64,000 bases of DNA from Octopus bimaculoides. Taxonomy: Eukaryota. The stretch's first letter is position 1, and each line of letters begins with the position of its first letter. The notes below the pieces were generated by a model that saw only the letters and a program-made list of their open reading frames with translations, ran no database searches and had not been told where the DNA came from. This document shows, one piece after another, positions 50,917-63,345 of this stretch. The stretch covers positions 28,001,195 through 28,065,194 of the forward strand of contig NC_068992.1 in the NCBI RefSeq assembly GCF_001194135.2, read 5' to 3'. Made by a program: the position numbers and the translations under genes.

Positions 50917-51699
50917 AGCATTGTTGGTCAACATCTGCAGAAAGGTCATGAGCTGAGATGAGATTCCAGAGGACAGATGTTAAGGGAAGGAAGAACTTGA
51001 CATAACGATCAGGACCTGAATGGGACAAACATACCGAGTATTATGAGACAAGAATTAGGATATTGTAGTGTAGGTGTGAAAAGCTAGATCTGGCCAATTT
51101 GAATATAAAATCGGAAGAATATTTGGGCTGAATATGGCCAGTTTAAATGCTAAAGGGTTAAAAAAACTTCGCCCTTAACTATTTTCCTCTTCTGGTAAGG
51201 TTTTCTTACTGACCACATGGTATCAAGTCCAGTCCCACTGCTTGGTACTCGAGGCAAGTGTCTTGAATGAATTTGGTACACAGAAACTTAAAGCCTGTTG
51301 TGTGTGTGTGTGTGTGTGTGTTACTGTCTCCTTGACTTGACTTTACCTGATAGTTGTAAGTGAATGTCACCATCAGGTAAATGGTGTCCTGTTTCCAATC
51401 TTTTGAGACTTGTCTAGTCATGGGAGAAATATTACCGTACTTGGAAACAGGTGAGGGTTGGTGACACGAAGGGCATCCAGCCATAAAGTATCTGCCTCAG
51501 GAAATTCCGTCCAATTCATGTGAGCATGGAAAAGTGGACTTCAAAATAATGACGTAAGATGGGAGATTTGACTATTTCTAGCTGATTGATTGTCCATCTA
51601 GATGCTCCCTTGTCTCAGTTGGTATTATAACTGACCCTTTTTATTGTTGCCATAGTTTGTAGGTTTCCAATGTTTGTTGATTTTACTTGACTCAGTCTT

Positions 51700-54290
51700 C
51701 TCAAGCATGGCGTGTCGCCCGACAATTCAAAGGTACTTTTTAAATGGGCTGGTTATGCGACACTGGTATAAGCTACAGCTGTGATCTCACTTTACTTTCC
51801 GGGTCTTAATCAGCATATCTCCAGAGGTCTTGGTCTTTCGTCATACCTTTGTGAGGCTCAATGTTCAAAGGTCATGCTTCACCACCTCATTCCATGTCTT
51901 CCTGGGTCTACCTCTTCCACAGGTTTCTTCCACTGTTATGGAGTGACACTTCTTCACACAGCTCTCCTCATCCATACGCAGCACATGACCATACCAGCCC
52001 AGTTGTCCCTCTTGCACACCACATCTGATGCTTCTTGTGTCCAACATTTCTCAGGGCGCTTACAGTCTGTCATGTGTGCACACTGATATTACACATCCAG
52101 TGGATCATACTAGCTTAATTTCTTTCAAGCCTACTTATGTCTTCAGCAGTCATGGCCCATGTTTCACTGCCGTGTTGCATGGCAGTTCGCGCACATGCAT
52201 CATACAATTTACCTTTCACTCTGAGCGAGGGGCCCTTTGTCACCAGTGGAGGTAGGAGCTTTCTGAACTTTGCCCAGGCTATTTTCACTCTAGTGGCAAT
52301 GCTCTCCGAGCATCCACCCCACCCACTACAGACTTGGTCACCTTCGTAGCAGAAGCTATCAAACTACTTCTAGTTTCTCCCCCTGGCATCTGATGGAATC
52401 TGTTTTCTGAGCATCTGTGGTGTTTGTTTCCCCTGTGCATCTGCTACACACAAAAAGTTATCATCCCGGTTAACCTTCCTTTGATGTTGCTGCACCTCTT
52501 ATGCATCCATAGCTTACACATGGGACATCTTATGAAGTTTCTACCTACACCTTTTCTACAGATTGAGCAGGGCCATCTAACTGAAGGGGTTTGTGATGTG
52601 TTCGCCTTCCTACTAACTAGGACTTTGGTTTCTGCAACATTGACTCTAAAGCTCTTCGATTCTAAATCCTGCTTCCACACCTGAAATTTCTTTAGTTCTG
52701 GTAGTGATTCCACTATGAGAGTAAGGTAATCAGCATAGAGGAGCTCCGAAGGGCAACCTGTCTTGAATTATAAGAGGGAGCTGAGAGCTGATCCTTGGTG
52801 AACCCCTACTTCTACCTGGAATTCACTATACTCATTGCCGATCCTTACCTTACTAATGGCATCCCTGTACAGTTCTTAATGACCATTCGTCAATCCTCAG
52901 TTTCCGCATCGCTCACCCGATAAGGGATCGAGGGGACCCTGTCAAAGGCTTTTTCCAAGTCAACAAAAGTCAAGTATAGGGGTTTATCTTTGGCTAGGTA
53001 TTTCTCCTGCAGTTGCCTTACCAGGAATATAGTGTCAGTGGTGCTTCTACCTGGCACAAAACCGAATTGCATCTCATCTAAGCAGGCTCTCTCCCTAATT
53101 AGTGCTATGACCCTCTCCGTCACCTTCATCACCTGATCCAGCAGTTTGATACCCTTGTAGTTATTTCTACCTTAAGCATCACCTTTACCTTTGTAGCAGT
53201 TGACTATAGTGCTGCTACACCAGTCATTGGGTATGACTCCTTCATGAACTATCTGGTTTACAAGGTAGGCCATGACCCACACCACCAGATATTTTAAGCA
53301 TCTCAGCGGTGATTCCTGATGAGCCAGGTGCTTTTCCCGTCTTCATATCCTTTATTGCTTTGTCTACCAGGATGCTGTCGATTCGGGTAGCTGGTCCCTC
53401 TCCTGCGTCAACATTTTAGCAGACTCTCCTCCCACTTATTCTCCACATTCAGCAGCCTTTCATAATGGCTTCTTCAAACCTTTTTCTTTGCAGAATCATT
53501 GAAAGCAAATGCACCATCATCCATGCAGACACATTTCTCTCCCGTAACATCACAATTTTCTCTCACACCATCTTGCAATCCAAAATACTTCAGTTCTCTA
53601 GTCCTCAAGTCACTGAACATTGGAAAACTTCTTTTTTTTCTGCTTCTCTCTTGGCTATATGTACCTGTTGCCCAGCCTTCCTTCTGGCTATCTGGTACAA
53701 TTCTGTTACCCACTACTCTTCCAGGTTTTTCAGGCCTGTTTCTTTGCTCTAGTGACCTTGTCTACTGTACTATTCCACCACCACGTTACTCTAGGTCTGC
53801 AAGGGACTTTGCACCAGCTGCAAATTTAGTCTGTGGTGCTCAGTAAGTTGTCCTGTTGGAATTTCCAGTTAACCTCTCTGTCCAAAGTCTGTAGTTCCTC
53901 CTTATCAAATTTCTCAATGAGGATGTCCGTAAATCTCTGATCATGTGAAGGGTTCTTTAGCTTCCAAATCCTTTTCTGGATTGGTTTGCTTCTTGGCATC
54001 CTTTTGGCCTTGAGTCTAAAGTCACTAATAACTAGTCTATGCTGAGAGGGTCTTTGTATTTAAGAGCAGATAGGGTCTGGTGAGGATGAAATCAATCTGG
54101 CTAGCAGAGTCACCTGATTAATAGGTTATCAGGTGGCTGTCTGGCTTCCTAAAGTTAGTGTTGCAGATTAATAGGTTGCATGCATCACGGAATTCCAGTA
54201 GCCTAGTTCCCTCTTCGTTTTGGGAACCAATTCCATGGCCCCCGTGAACACCATGAATGAATGCTCTTCGTCACACCGACTACTTCTGTG
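51700..54290 (-). mobile_element. RTE-clade LINE, degenerate (endonuclease remnant, RT, PHD-like finger, C-terminus, start of 3' UTR)
   Basis: QFGFVPGRSTTDTIFLVRQLQEKYLAKDKPLYLTFVDLEKAFDRVP; WYGHVLRMDE...RGRPRKTW; many stops and frameshifts. Confidence 0.92.
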
Positions 54291-55893
54291 TTCTGTGGGT
54301 GGTTTATTGTAATTCCAATACAGATTTCCATATCCTTGTGGAAAATAAAAGGACTTATGACCTTACTTTTGTCTCCTCATCGTCGTCAATTAGCATCTTG
54401 TTTCCATGCTGGCATGGATTGGATGGTTTGACTGAAACTGGCAAGCTAAAGAGCGGCACCAAGTTCCAGTCTGATACCCTTCCTAATGCCAATCACTCCA
54501 AGTGTGGTTGGCATATATTCAAAACATGTTCTTCATATATCTGACACTAATTGTGACTGGTGGCTTGCATCCTGTTGGATGCAAAATTGTGATGTTACGG
54601 GAGAGAAATGTGTCTGCATGGATGATGGTGCATTTGCTTTCAATGATTCTGCAAAGAAAAAGGCTTGGGGAAGCCATTATGAAAGGCTGCTGAATGTGGA
54701 GAATAAGTGGGAGGAGGTAATGGCAGTGAGTTGTCAGAATTGTTGGCACATTGGATCAAATGCTCAGTGGCATTTCTTCCAGCTTTTTATGTTCTGAGCT
54801 CAAATTTTTCTTTCAGGGTTAATAAAATAAGTACCAGCTAAGCATTGGGGTCCAATGTTTCTCAATCATCTTTTACCTCTGGACTCCTTTTATTTTTATT
54901 TTACTTGGATGTACCCTCCTAGCCATTTAATGTTTAAAAAATCTTTTGCTTTTATAATTAAATATTATTAGGTATTTGGCAGATGCTGGTGTCACGCAAA
55001 TGGCACCTGTGCCGGTAGCACATAAATGCACCCACTACACTCTCGGAGTGGTTGGCGTTAGGAAGGGCATCCAGCTGTAGAAAACCATGCCAAAGTAGAC
55101 GAGCCTGGAGCAGCCTTCCAGTGTGCCAGCCTGGTCAAACTGTACAACCTATGGACAACTGATGTTAAATGATGATGATAAAAAAATTGAAATATTTTGT
55201 GTATTGTAGAAATATAAGCAATTATTGCAGACAAATTTTAACAATCTTATATAGACCCCCCCCTCCACAAGGGCCATATGGACCTTGGTTGAGACCCACT
55301 GGACTAGTCCATTCTTCCTTAATTACTGGCCTTGTGCTAAAATTTGAAACAGTTACCTGGTATATGTACAATTATATGAAGTGAAACATAGGGTATTAAA
55401 TTCACAGTAAACTCAGTTTTTGCAGTGGATTTCAAATTGTTGAGATTTGAGTTGGTTGGTTGTCCAAAATTGAATCCATGCAGCCATTTCAGACAGAATA
55501 TGGTTTAACCCCAGATTGACTCGACTCTATTTTCTGAAATTCTACGATGAATGACAATCCATCTCTTTCATTCAGTCTAGGACTGCATTAAATCACCAGC
55601 CTTTCTTTAAAGTGTGGTTTTGAAGGAGCTTTGGCTGTTGTTTCTAGCAATTTGAATAACCTTGTACAGGATCCCTCAACTTATGACAGTTGTCTGGCTC
55701 CACGTCTTCCTAGACTGAGTAGACTTACTGGTTGTTCCAGTCATGACCATCATGTAGGAAACACAATTTGACTTTTGGATGTAATTAAGTTTGACTGTTA
55801 TTTCTAGCACATTCAGAGACTTCTTAGAAGCTCTGTAGTTGTTTGTTGTTGTTATTGTCTGCATAAGAAATTTTTTTTTCTGATTCTCTTCAG

Positions 55894-55958
55894 ATACAAT
55901 TCTTGAAGGAGTTGCTAAAGAAACAACTGAAATAAAAAGTCCGCAGGTGGAAAGCTGA
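55894..55958 (+). CDS. Kelch-repeat protein, terminal coding exon 9 (DTILEGVAKETTEIKSPQVES*)
   Basis: Poly-T plus CTCTTCAG| acceptor, phase 1 matches exon 8, TGA at 55956-55958. The total CDS of 1182 nt is divisible by 3. Confidence 0.75.
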
Positions 55959-56970
55959 TTCTGGAGATTTAAAGCTGTACAAGAATTCTAAGGATGACAC
56001 ACTACCATATTTCCACTGTTGACCGTTTTCTTGAAGCTGTGGTTCAGCCCTAAATAACTTAAACAGCATTCACAGTGCACTGTTTGGCAATTTGTAACTA
56101 ATTTCTTCCTGAGAGACTAAAGTCTAAAAAAAAAAAAAATCAAAAAACACAAAACCAAACAATTTTTCAGTTGATGTGATGTCCTATCATCACATTTGTT
56201 ACTTAATGTATCAGTTCTGATATTGAACTGTTATCAAACTAGTATTGAACTGGTGTAAATAACTGTGTAACAATTTATGTCCTTGTTATTTCCTATTTGC
56301 TGACCCCTAAACAGTGTGAAAAATGGCTAATATTTCCTTCAAATTTTGCTTTTGTTACATTTCTTCAAACCCCAAAGAATCCCTCTCAACACATGGCTAT
56401 GAAGCTCCCTCACTGCTCATGATCAGAGATGCACATTTTGTCATCCACTGAGGGGACATGCTCGAGTGGTTAAGGTCAATCAACTGTGGTATTGAGCAGA
56501 ATATTTGCTGTATTTCTGCTTCAGCAACCCTGTGCTGAATCTGTCTGAAATGCAATGGAAAATAGTTTAGTTTTAAAACATTGATGTCCAGGTCACAAAA
56601 GCAAAGTTTGAAGGGAATAGTAGTCACTTCCTTTGATTTCTTGATAGAAGCAAATAGGAAATAACACTTACTGACCAAAGACAAAAAAAGATAAAAATTT
56701 TGTTACACTGTGTAATTGGCAAAACATCTCTACCTCCTCCTTTCGAATGAAATGATTCTAATCTTTTGATATAAAGGGACAATGTATTTTAGAAAAAAAA
56801 ACCCTTTTCTTTAACCAAAATTGATACCAGTTGATTTGTTTCATTTATTGGAAGAGTTTATGTCTAGAATAACCATTTTCTAAAACTCGGAATCTGAAGG
56901 AAATTTTGTAAATAAGTCTTGCATTTAAAAAGGAATATTGAAGTAATTCGTAGAACAACCATTTTTTCAT

Positions 56971-56976
56971 AATAAA
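56971..56976 (+). terminator. Candidate polyadenylation signal of the kelch gene
   Basis: AATAAA about 1 kb after the stop, followed by GT/T-rich sequence; no transcript evidence. Confidence 0.3.
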
Positions 56977-57150
56977 ACTGATATGCTTTAATTGCTATAA
57001 ATACTGTTGTTTCTTTTTTTTTTTTTTTAGTTTAACCTTCCATTGGAAATCACAAGATGCATTGCGTTGGTCTTCTGCTGTCAAGGCTAACCAGTTTCTA
57101 TTCTAGGTTCAGTAGTTCTTAAGAAATGTCAAGGTGCCCTGTGTTGTAGA

Positions 57151-57374
57151 ACCCTTTAGCATTCAGATTACTCTGCTAAAATGTAAAGCTTATTTATTCA
57201 CATTGTTTTGAATTAATCCTGCATTATTTCATAGCTGCAAGATTTTAGTGATGTGACTTTATTTTAAGAAGGACAATGTAGGGTTAGTGTGAGAGGCTGA
57301 ATCTGGCCCATTTGAACATAAATTGGGTAGAATATGTGGGCTTGATACGGTCAGTTTAACTGCTAAAGGATTAA
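57151..57374. mobile_element. piggyBac-type MITE copy
   Basis: Same body as 27-246. Confidence 0.65.
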
Positions 57375-57789
57375 AAAAGAAAAAAATTTAGGATCCACTT
57401 GGTATATGTTCAATGTGCTGGAAAGCATATTAAGGTGTGGGATTCATCATCATCGTTTAACATCCGCTTTCCATGCTAGCATGGGTTGGACGATTTGACT
57501 GAGGACTGGTGAAACCGGATGGCAACACCAGGCTCCAGTCTAATTTGGCAGAGTTTCTACAGCTGGATGCCCTTCCTAACGCCGTGAATAAAATTCTTGA
57601 AAGTTCAAATGCGTTCTGTGACATTCCTGGGATCTTGTTACCACCATGTTGGTGGTTACTGTTGATGAACATTATTTCTTGGTTTTACTTCCCATTCATC
57701 CATGATTTATGGAATTGTTAAATCTCCAACCGTTTTGTTTCCTTTTTACTCATCTCTATAATTACTTAGGTTAAAAATTCATTTATATT

Positions 57790-58236
57790 ATTTACTCTTT
57801 TACTTGTGTCATTCATTTGACTGTGGCTATGCTGGAGCACCGCCATTAGTTGAGCAAATTGACCCCAGGACTTATTCTTTGGAAGCCTAGTACTTATTCT
57901 ATCGGTTTCTTTTTGCCGAACCGCTAAGTTAGAGACGTAAACAGGCCAGCATCGGTTGTCAAGCGATATTNNNNNNNNNNNNNNNNNNNNNNNNNNNNNN
58001 NNNNNNNNNNNNNGGGGGGGGGGGGGACAAACACAGACACACAAACATGTATACATGTATATATATGTATGTGTGTGTATAACGGGCTTCTTTCAGTTTT
58101 CCGTCTACCAAATACATTCACAAGGCTTTGGTTGGCTTGAGACTATAGTAGAAGACACTTGCCCAAGGTGCCATGCAGTTGGAATGAGCCCAGAACCATG
58201 TGGTTGGTAAGCGAGCTACTTACCACACAGCCACTC
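57790..58236 (-). mobile_element. SINE family C with CR1-LINE-like tail (spans an N gap)
   Basis: Homologous to 62985-63345; further copies at about 38405-38760 (+) and 40255-40650 (-). Confidence 0.8.
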
Positions 58237-59238
58237 CGTTTTTTATATACTTTGTATCTTTAAACTTTATTTTTACTTTTTGTTTTTTATATTGAAAATG
58301 GTCAATCCCTCAAAATTTTATCCAGTACTTTAAATATAATAGATATGAAGTAATGTAATATCTTTTTACTGACCAGATCAAAATAATTAAGATTTGAGTT
58401 GGTTGGTTGTCCAAAATTGAATCCATGCAGCCATTTCAGAATGTTTAATTCCAGATTGACTTGACTCGACTATCAGAAATTCTATGGTGAATGGTAATCC
58501 ATCTGTAACCTAGATCCTGGCTATTCTGCGTGGAGCTGTCGGCAATTTGCTGGACGGACTGCATTGTGGTATTGACCACATCGTCTACGTGGTCCAGCCG
58601 GCGACAGCGACCAACATCATTCACGGTGGTGTTGATGTGCTCTAGTGTGAGCTTTCGTGTGGGAGCACAAGCGTGGAGGAAGGCGACACTGGAAGGAATT
58701 TGAACTTCCTACATAAAGACAGGTGAAATGCTGCTAAGCATTTTACCCAGCATGCTAACAATTCTGCCAGTTTGCCACCTTGATGATGATTTCTACTATA
58801 GGCACAAGGCATGAAATTTTGTGGGAGGGGGCCAGTTGATTACATGGACCTCATTACACAACTGGTACTAAATTCTTTTCTACTCTTGGCACAAGGCCCG
58901 AATGTGTGCATATAAAATATATACACCTATACACATATGGGTGTATTATGCACACAAGGCTAATACACATAGTGTTTGCTCTAGACTGGTATCATTTTGT
59001 CTCCTTAAATTTATTTGGAAGACAGACAGTGGTAGTGAGGAAAGAGTAAAAAAACGAAAATTGCTGTACCTCCTTTCAGGAAAAAAAAAATAAAGCTTTT
59101 TTCTTTCTCTCTGTAGCATTGTTGTATGGCATTGGAATGTTGCAATTTAAGAACCTACAAGAAGGAAGAAATATCACATATAGTGATATAAACCTAGCAT
59201 TGCTTAAGATTAGAACCTAAGAAATATACATATCTGTC

Positions 59239-59605
59239 TATATGTATATATAAAAGAGACCACTAAGTGGACTGCTAGAAGGAGATCACCGAATATTTCT
59301 CAAGGAAAAAATCTAGGGAAGCAAAACATATGGGTGAGACAAGTGAAAATTATAGAAATATATACAAAGATTATCCGTAGACCAGGTTTCAAAATTAATA
59401 TTTCCTTACCGAAAATATCTGTTTCTCTGCAGTACAGACTGCCAAAGAAATATAATTCCCAGAATCGTGTACTAGTTGTTCCCAACGAGTGAAGAACGTG
59501 CACATGGCTCTAATAATTATATAGAGTAATATTCAAAAGTCTTTGTTTTGGCGTGCTAAATCCGGAAATATATCCACTTAGTGGTCTCTTTTATATATAC
59601 ATATA
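59239..59605. mobile_element. Unclassified MITE-like element with perfect 33-bp TIRs
   Basis: TATATGTATATATAAAAGAGACCACTAAGTGGA at 59239-59271 and its exact reverse complement at 59573-59605. Confidence 0.7.
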
Positions 59606-60454
59606 CAATAATCCTTTTGAGATCTAGGATAATTTTTTCTGAATCTCCTGATTCTTTTAATGTGCTAGTTTCCTTGTATTAAATTGATATTAATTAATAT
59701 CCAATTTTTTACCCTATAATTTTAATTACATATATACTGTTGCTGGGCAGTGATCCGGAGAAGCACTCAATACAAATGTAGAGTGCAGTAGCTTGTTTGA
59801 GCTGGTCTAGTACCCTGGAGCTTTCTTAGCATGACTGCCTCTTGAGACAAGGTAGACAGGGCTCCATCTGAGTTGTCTGAAAAGGCACTTGCGTGCAGTT
59901 GAAACTCTAGATTAACAGGCCACTTGAGGATAAAACAAATAAATTGATTCTAGTGTTCAACTGGTACTTAATTTGTCGACACTGGAACTATAGAACGCTG
60001 GAATATTTAGGATATTGTTAAGGAAATAAATTACCTAAAATAATGTATTGTTGTCTGCATAAATTTCTGTTGTTATAAAGGGAAACAATTCTTGGTAACA
60101 TTCACTGCTAAAAACGACTCAATTCTTTGTGTTGACGCTTACGAAATTACTACTCTAACGATTGTATTGTTTTACTATGATTTGTGTGCAGTGAGACTAT
60201 TGTGATGAATAAACAGAATTGTGCAGAATGGATTGTAAACCATGGGAGTTAGTCATTGGTTACTTTTATTAGGTTCTGATCTGGTGAAGGGTCAGGTTGA
60301 ATGGCTGCAGATGGACGTCTGTAGAAGAAACATTAACAGGAAGGAAATTCCAGAAGAATGACTTACTTATGAAGCACATAATATGGGTGATAAGTGAGTG
60401 AGGGTAGGCATGGTTGGAGCCAACTCCAAAAAGCATTCATTACTTATTGCCATT

Positions 60455-60840
60455 GTGGAGGCGTAATGGCCCAGTGGTTAGGTCAGCGGATTCGCGGTCA
60501 TAGGATCGCAGTTTCGATTCTCAGACTGGGCGTTGTGAGTGTTTATTGAGCGAAAACACCTAAAAGCTCCACGAGGCTCCGGTAGGGGATGGTAGTGAAC
60601 CCTGCTGTACTCTTTCACCACAACTTTCTCTCACTCTTACTTCCTGTTTCTGTTGTGCCTGTAATTCAAAGGGTTAGCCTTGTCACACTCTGTCATGCTG
60701 AATATCCCCGAGAACTACGTTAAGGGTACACATGTCTGTGGAGTGCTCAGCCACTTGCACGCTAAATTTCACGAGCAGACTGTTCCGTTGATCGGATCAA
60801 CTGGAACCCTCAACGTCGTAAGCGACGGAGTGCCAACAAA
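60455..60840 (+). mobile_element. tRNA-derived SINE family A, tail type 2, full length
   Basis: High identity to the reverse complement of 13230-13624; TSD CT(T/C)ATTGCCATT. Confidence 0.85.
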
Positions 60841-61553
60841 AAACTCATTGCCATTAATTCACTGTTCTAAGATTTGTGACTAGACAAGACTAAATGCCAA
60901 ACATATCATTCCATTTCTTCACACTCAGAACTTAATATTTCTGTAAGAAATCAGAATAAAAGCGATTTCAACATATCAAGAGAATATTTCCTTGTCAATG
61001 CAGCACTGTCAGTATATATAAACACCAACCAAAATAACCTTTTCTATAGACTCTTAATACCCTCAGGTCGCTATAGTTTTTTAAACTATCTGAAACCTAT
61101 TCAATTGTATATCAATGTGTGATCATATTTCTTTTCGTCATTTTTCCCCTTTCTTTTCCGATTTATATTTATAAATTATATTTTCTTCCAATACTTGCTT
61201 CCCATTTGCATAGTAAATGTCTGCTTAGAATATGCAGATGTTATATACCTTCCGGCTGACCCATGTTAGACTTTTTTTTCCCGCTCAAACACCATTGTGC
61301 AATGAAGGAAACTGACTCCATTTTTAGACAAGTATTGTTTAAGACTTTTATGGAGCTGGGATATTTTTTGTTTGTACTTTAATCCTTTTTTTCTTTTTGC
61401 TAATTTTTTTTTAATACGAGTGACTGAGGGTAGGCATGGTTGGAGCCAACTCCAAAAAGCATTCATTACTTGTTGCTGCTCGGCTGAGCTGAGCCGAGCT
61501 AGAGATATCGAGGATAGAGTGAGATAGATAGAAAGATAGAGAGATAGATAGTG

Positions 61554-61591
<38 letters not shown>

Positions 61592-62766
61592 GGGGTGGTT
61601 TGGTAGAAATTGGAAAGTACAAAATTTCTCACTAGAAACGTTAATATAAACTTGTTGCTAGTTTTACTGGACTTGGATCAAGAAACGGTGTTTGTAGTTT
61701 TCGTAAAGTTTTTCCTACATGTGCAAAACGAAAGAAGTTTTCATAATTTTACGCGCGTGCACACACGCACACGCACACACATACGCGCACGCTCTGTCTC
61801 TCTCTTTCTCTCACATGCACAAAACGAAACTTGTCATTTGTCTCGCATCACATGGTACGCTAAATTGCACCAATCGAAGGCATACTGTTATACATACGCT
61901 CGTTTCACTCGCTCAATTTTGTCATGTCATATAAAGCTTACCGTCACCAAAAGCGAAAGAAAGGAAGCTGTCAGATCATGAAAGTCGCTTAGGGTTGTTT
62001 AAAGCGAGAAGAACAGTTTATTTAATAATATGATAAACAAAGAGAAGAAAGGAAAATCTTATGCCATAAAAGAAGATAAAAAGGACAAAAGATTTAATTG
62101 AATTTATGACGATTCATTGTAATGTTTAGTTCGCTAGATAAACAGTTTGACAGATAAATAGTTTCCTCGTGATGTCAGCAGTCACCAAATTGTCTTTATT
62201 TCTGTCGGTTAAGCATGTGTATTCTACCTATGTTTTTGAACTTAAAAATCTAACACTAGTAAAAAAAAAAAAAAAAATTATTTGCACTTAATGATTAATA
62301 GTCCATCATCCCAGTACAGGCATCTCTCAATCTGCAGTGTTTTTTTTCTTTAAATTGGTCAATAAATATAATCCTAACATTTTATTTATCCCAGAAGAAT
62401 CCACAAGGTGTTCTAATATTCTAATTGTTCTTTTCTAGCCAGCATTATTATTTGTATTCTCTTTCACTAAAGTTTGTAAGAAATCTAGGGTGATTTAAGA
62501 CTTCGCTGAGTTGGTTTTGCATGATGGAAGGAGAATACACTTTGATGTTAAATTGTAATAATATGAATTTCTTTTCATTTAGTAAAGTTAACTTATTCAT
62601 CTACCAATGTTCTTTTGTTCTAGGAAGGTAAAGAAAAATACTGAGTATTCTGTTTATAATTTTGCCTATATCAAAGTGTGTGGAGTGAATACCTTTTACG
62701 GTTAGTTTCTACTGGAAGTTGTGTTTGTGATCGTTAAATGGGAAACATGAGTTAATGGCTGGTGCG

Positions 62767-62835
62767 ACTTACTTCTATCGTCTTCTACAATTTACTTCTA
62801 CCGTCTTCTGCGATTTACTTCTATCGTCTTCTGCG
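62767..62835 (+). repeat. Tandem repeat 23 bp x3
   Basis: Unit ATTTACTTCTATCGTCTTCTGCG. Confidence 0.85.
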
Positions 62836-62984
62836 ATTTTACTTGACTGTTTGTTAATTTTGTTGATTTAGCTGTTGTATATATTCAAAATGCGTCGATC
62901 TGTTATGGAATTTGCCTGATACATACATGTACATATATATACACGTACGTATGCGTATGTATGGATGTCTGTGTGTGTGTATAT

Positions 62985-63167
62985 ACTCTTTTACTTGTTT
63001 CAGTCATTTGACTGTTGCCATGCTGGAGCACCGCCTTTAGTCGAGCAAATCGATCCCAAGACTTATTATTTGGAAGCCTAGTACTTATTCTATCGGTCTC
63101 TTTTGCCGAACGGGGACGTAAACACACCAGCATCGGTTGTCAAGCGATGTTGGGGGGACAAACACAG

Positions 63168-63212
<45 letters not shown>

Positions 63213-63345
63213 CATATATACGACGGGCTTCTTTCAGTTTTCCGTCTACCAAGTCGGCCCGAGACTATAGTAGAAGACACTTGCCCAAGGTGCCACGCAG
63301 TGGGAATGAACCCAGAACCATGTGGTTGGAAAGCAAGCTACTTAC
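62985..63345 (-). mobile_element. SINE family C with CR1-LINE-like tail
   Basis: tRNA-like head, internal (CA)n, tail GGCGGTGCTCCAGCATGGC...AAACAAGTAAAAGAG. Confidence 0.8.

Noticed and set aside
22532-55958. Assigning a gene symbol such as RABEPK or KLHDC
   Set aside because: The kelch motifs are clear but orthology cannot be determined without a search.
59116-59220. Short open frame after a CTCTCTGTAG acceptor
   Set aside because: No homology and no upstream partner exon.
60455-60530. tRNA gene (also at 1416, 13550-13624, 16824, 27851)
   Set aside because: A and B boxes are present, but the sequences run into SINE bodies with tails and TSDs and lack an intact cloverleaf.
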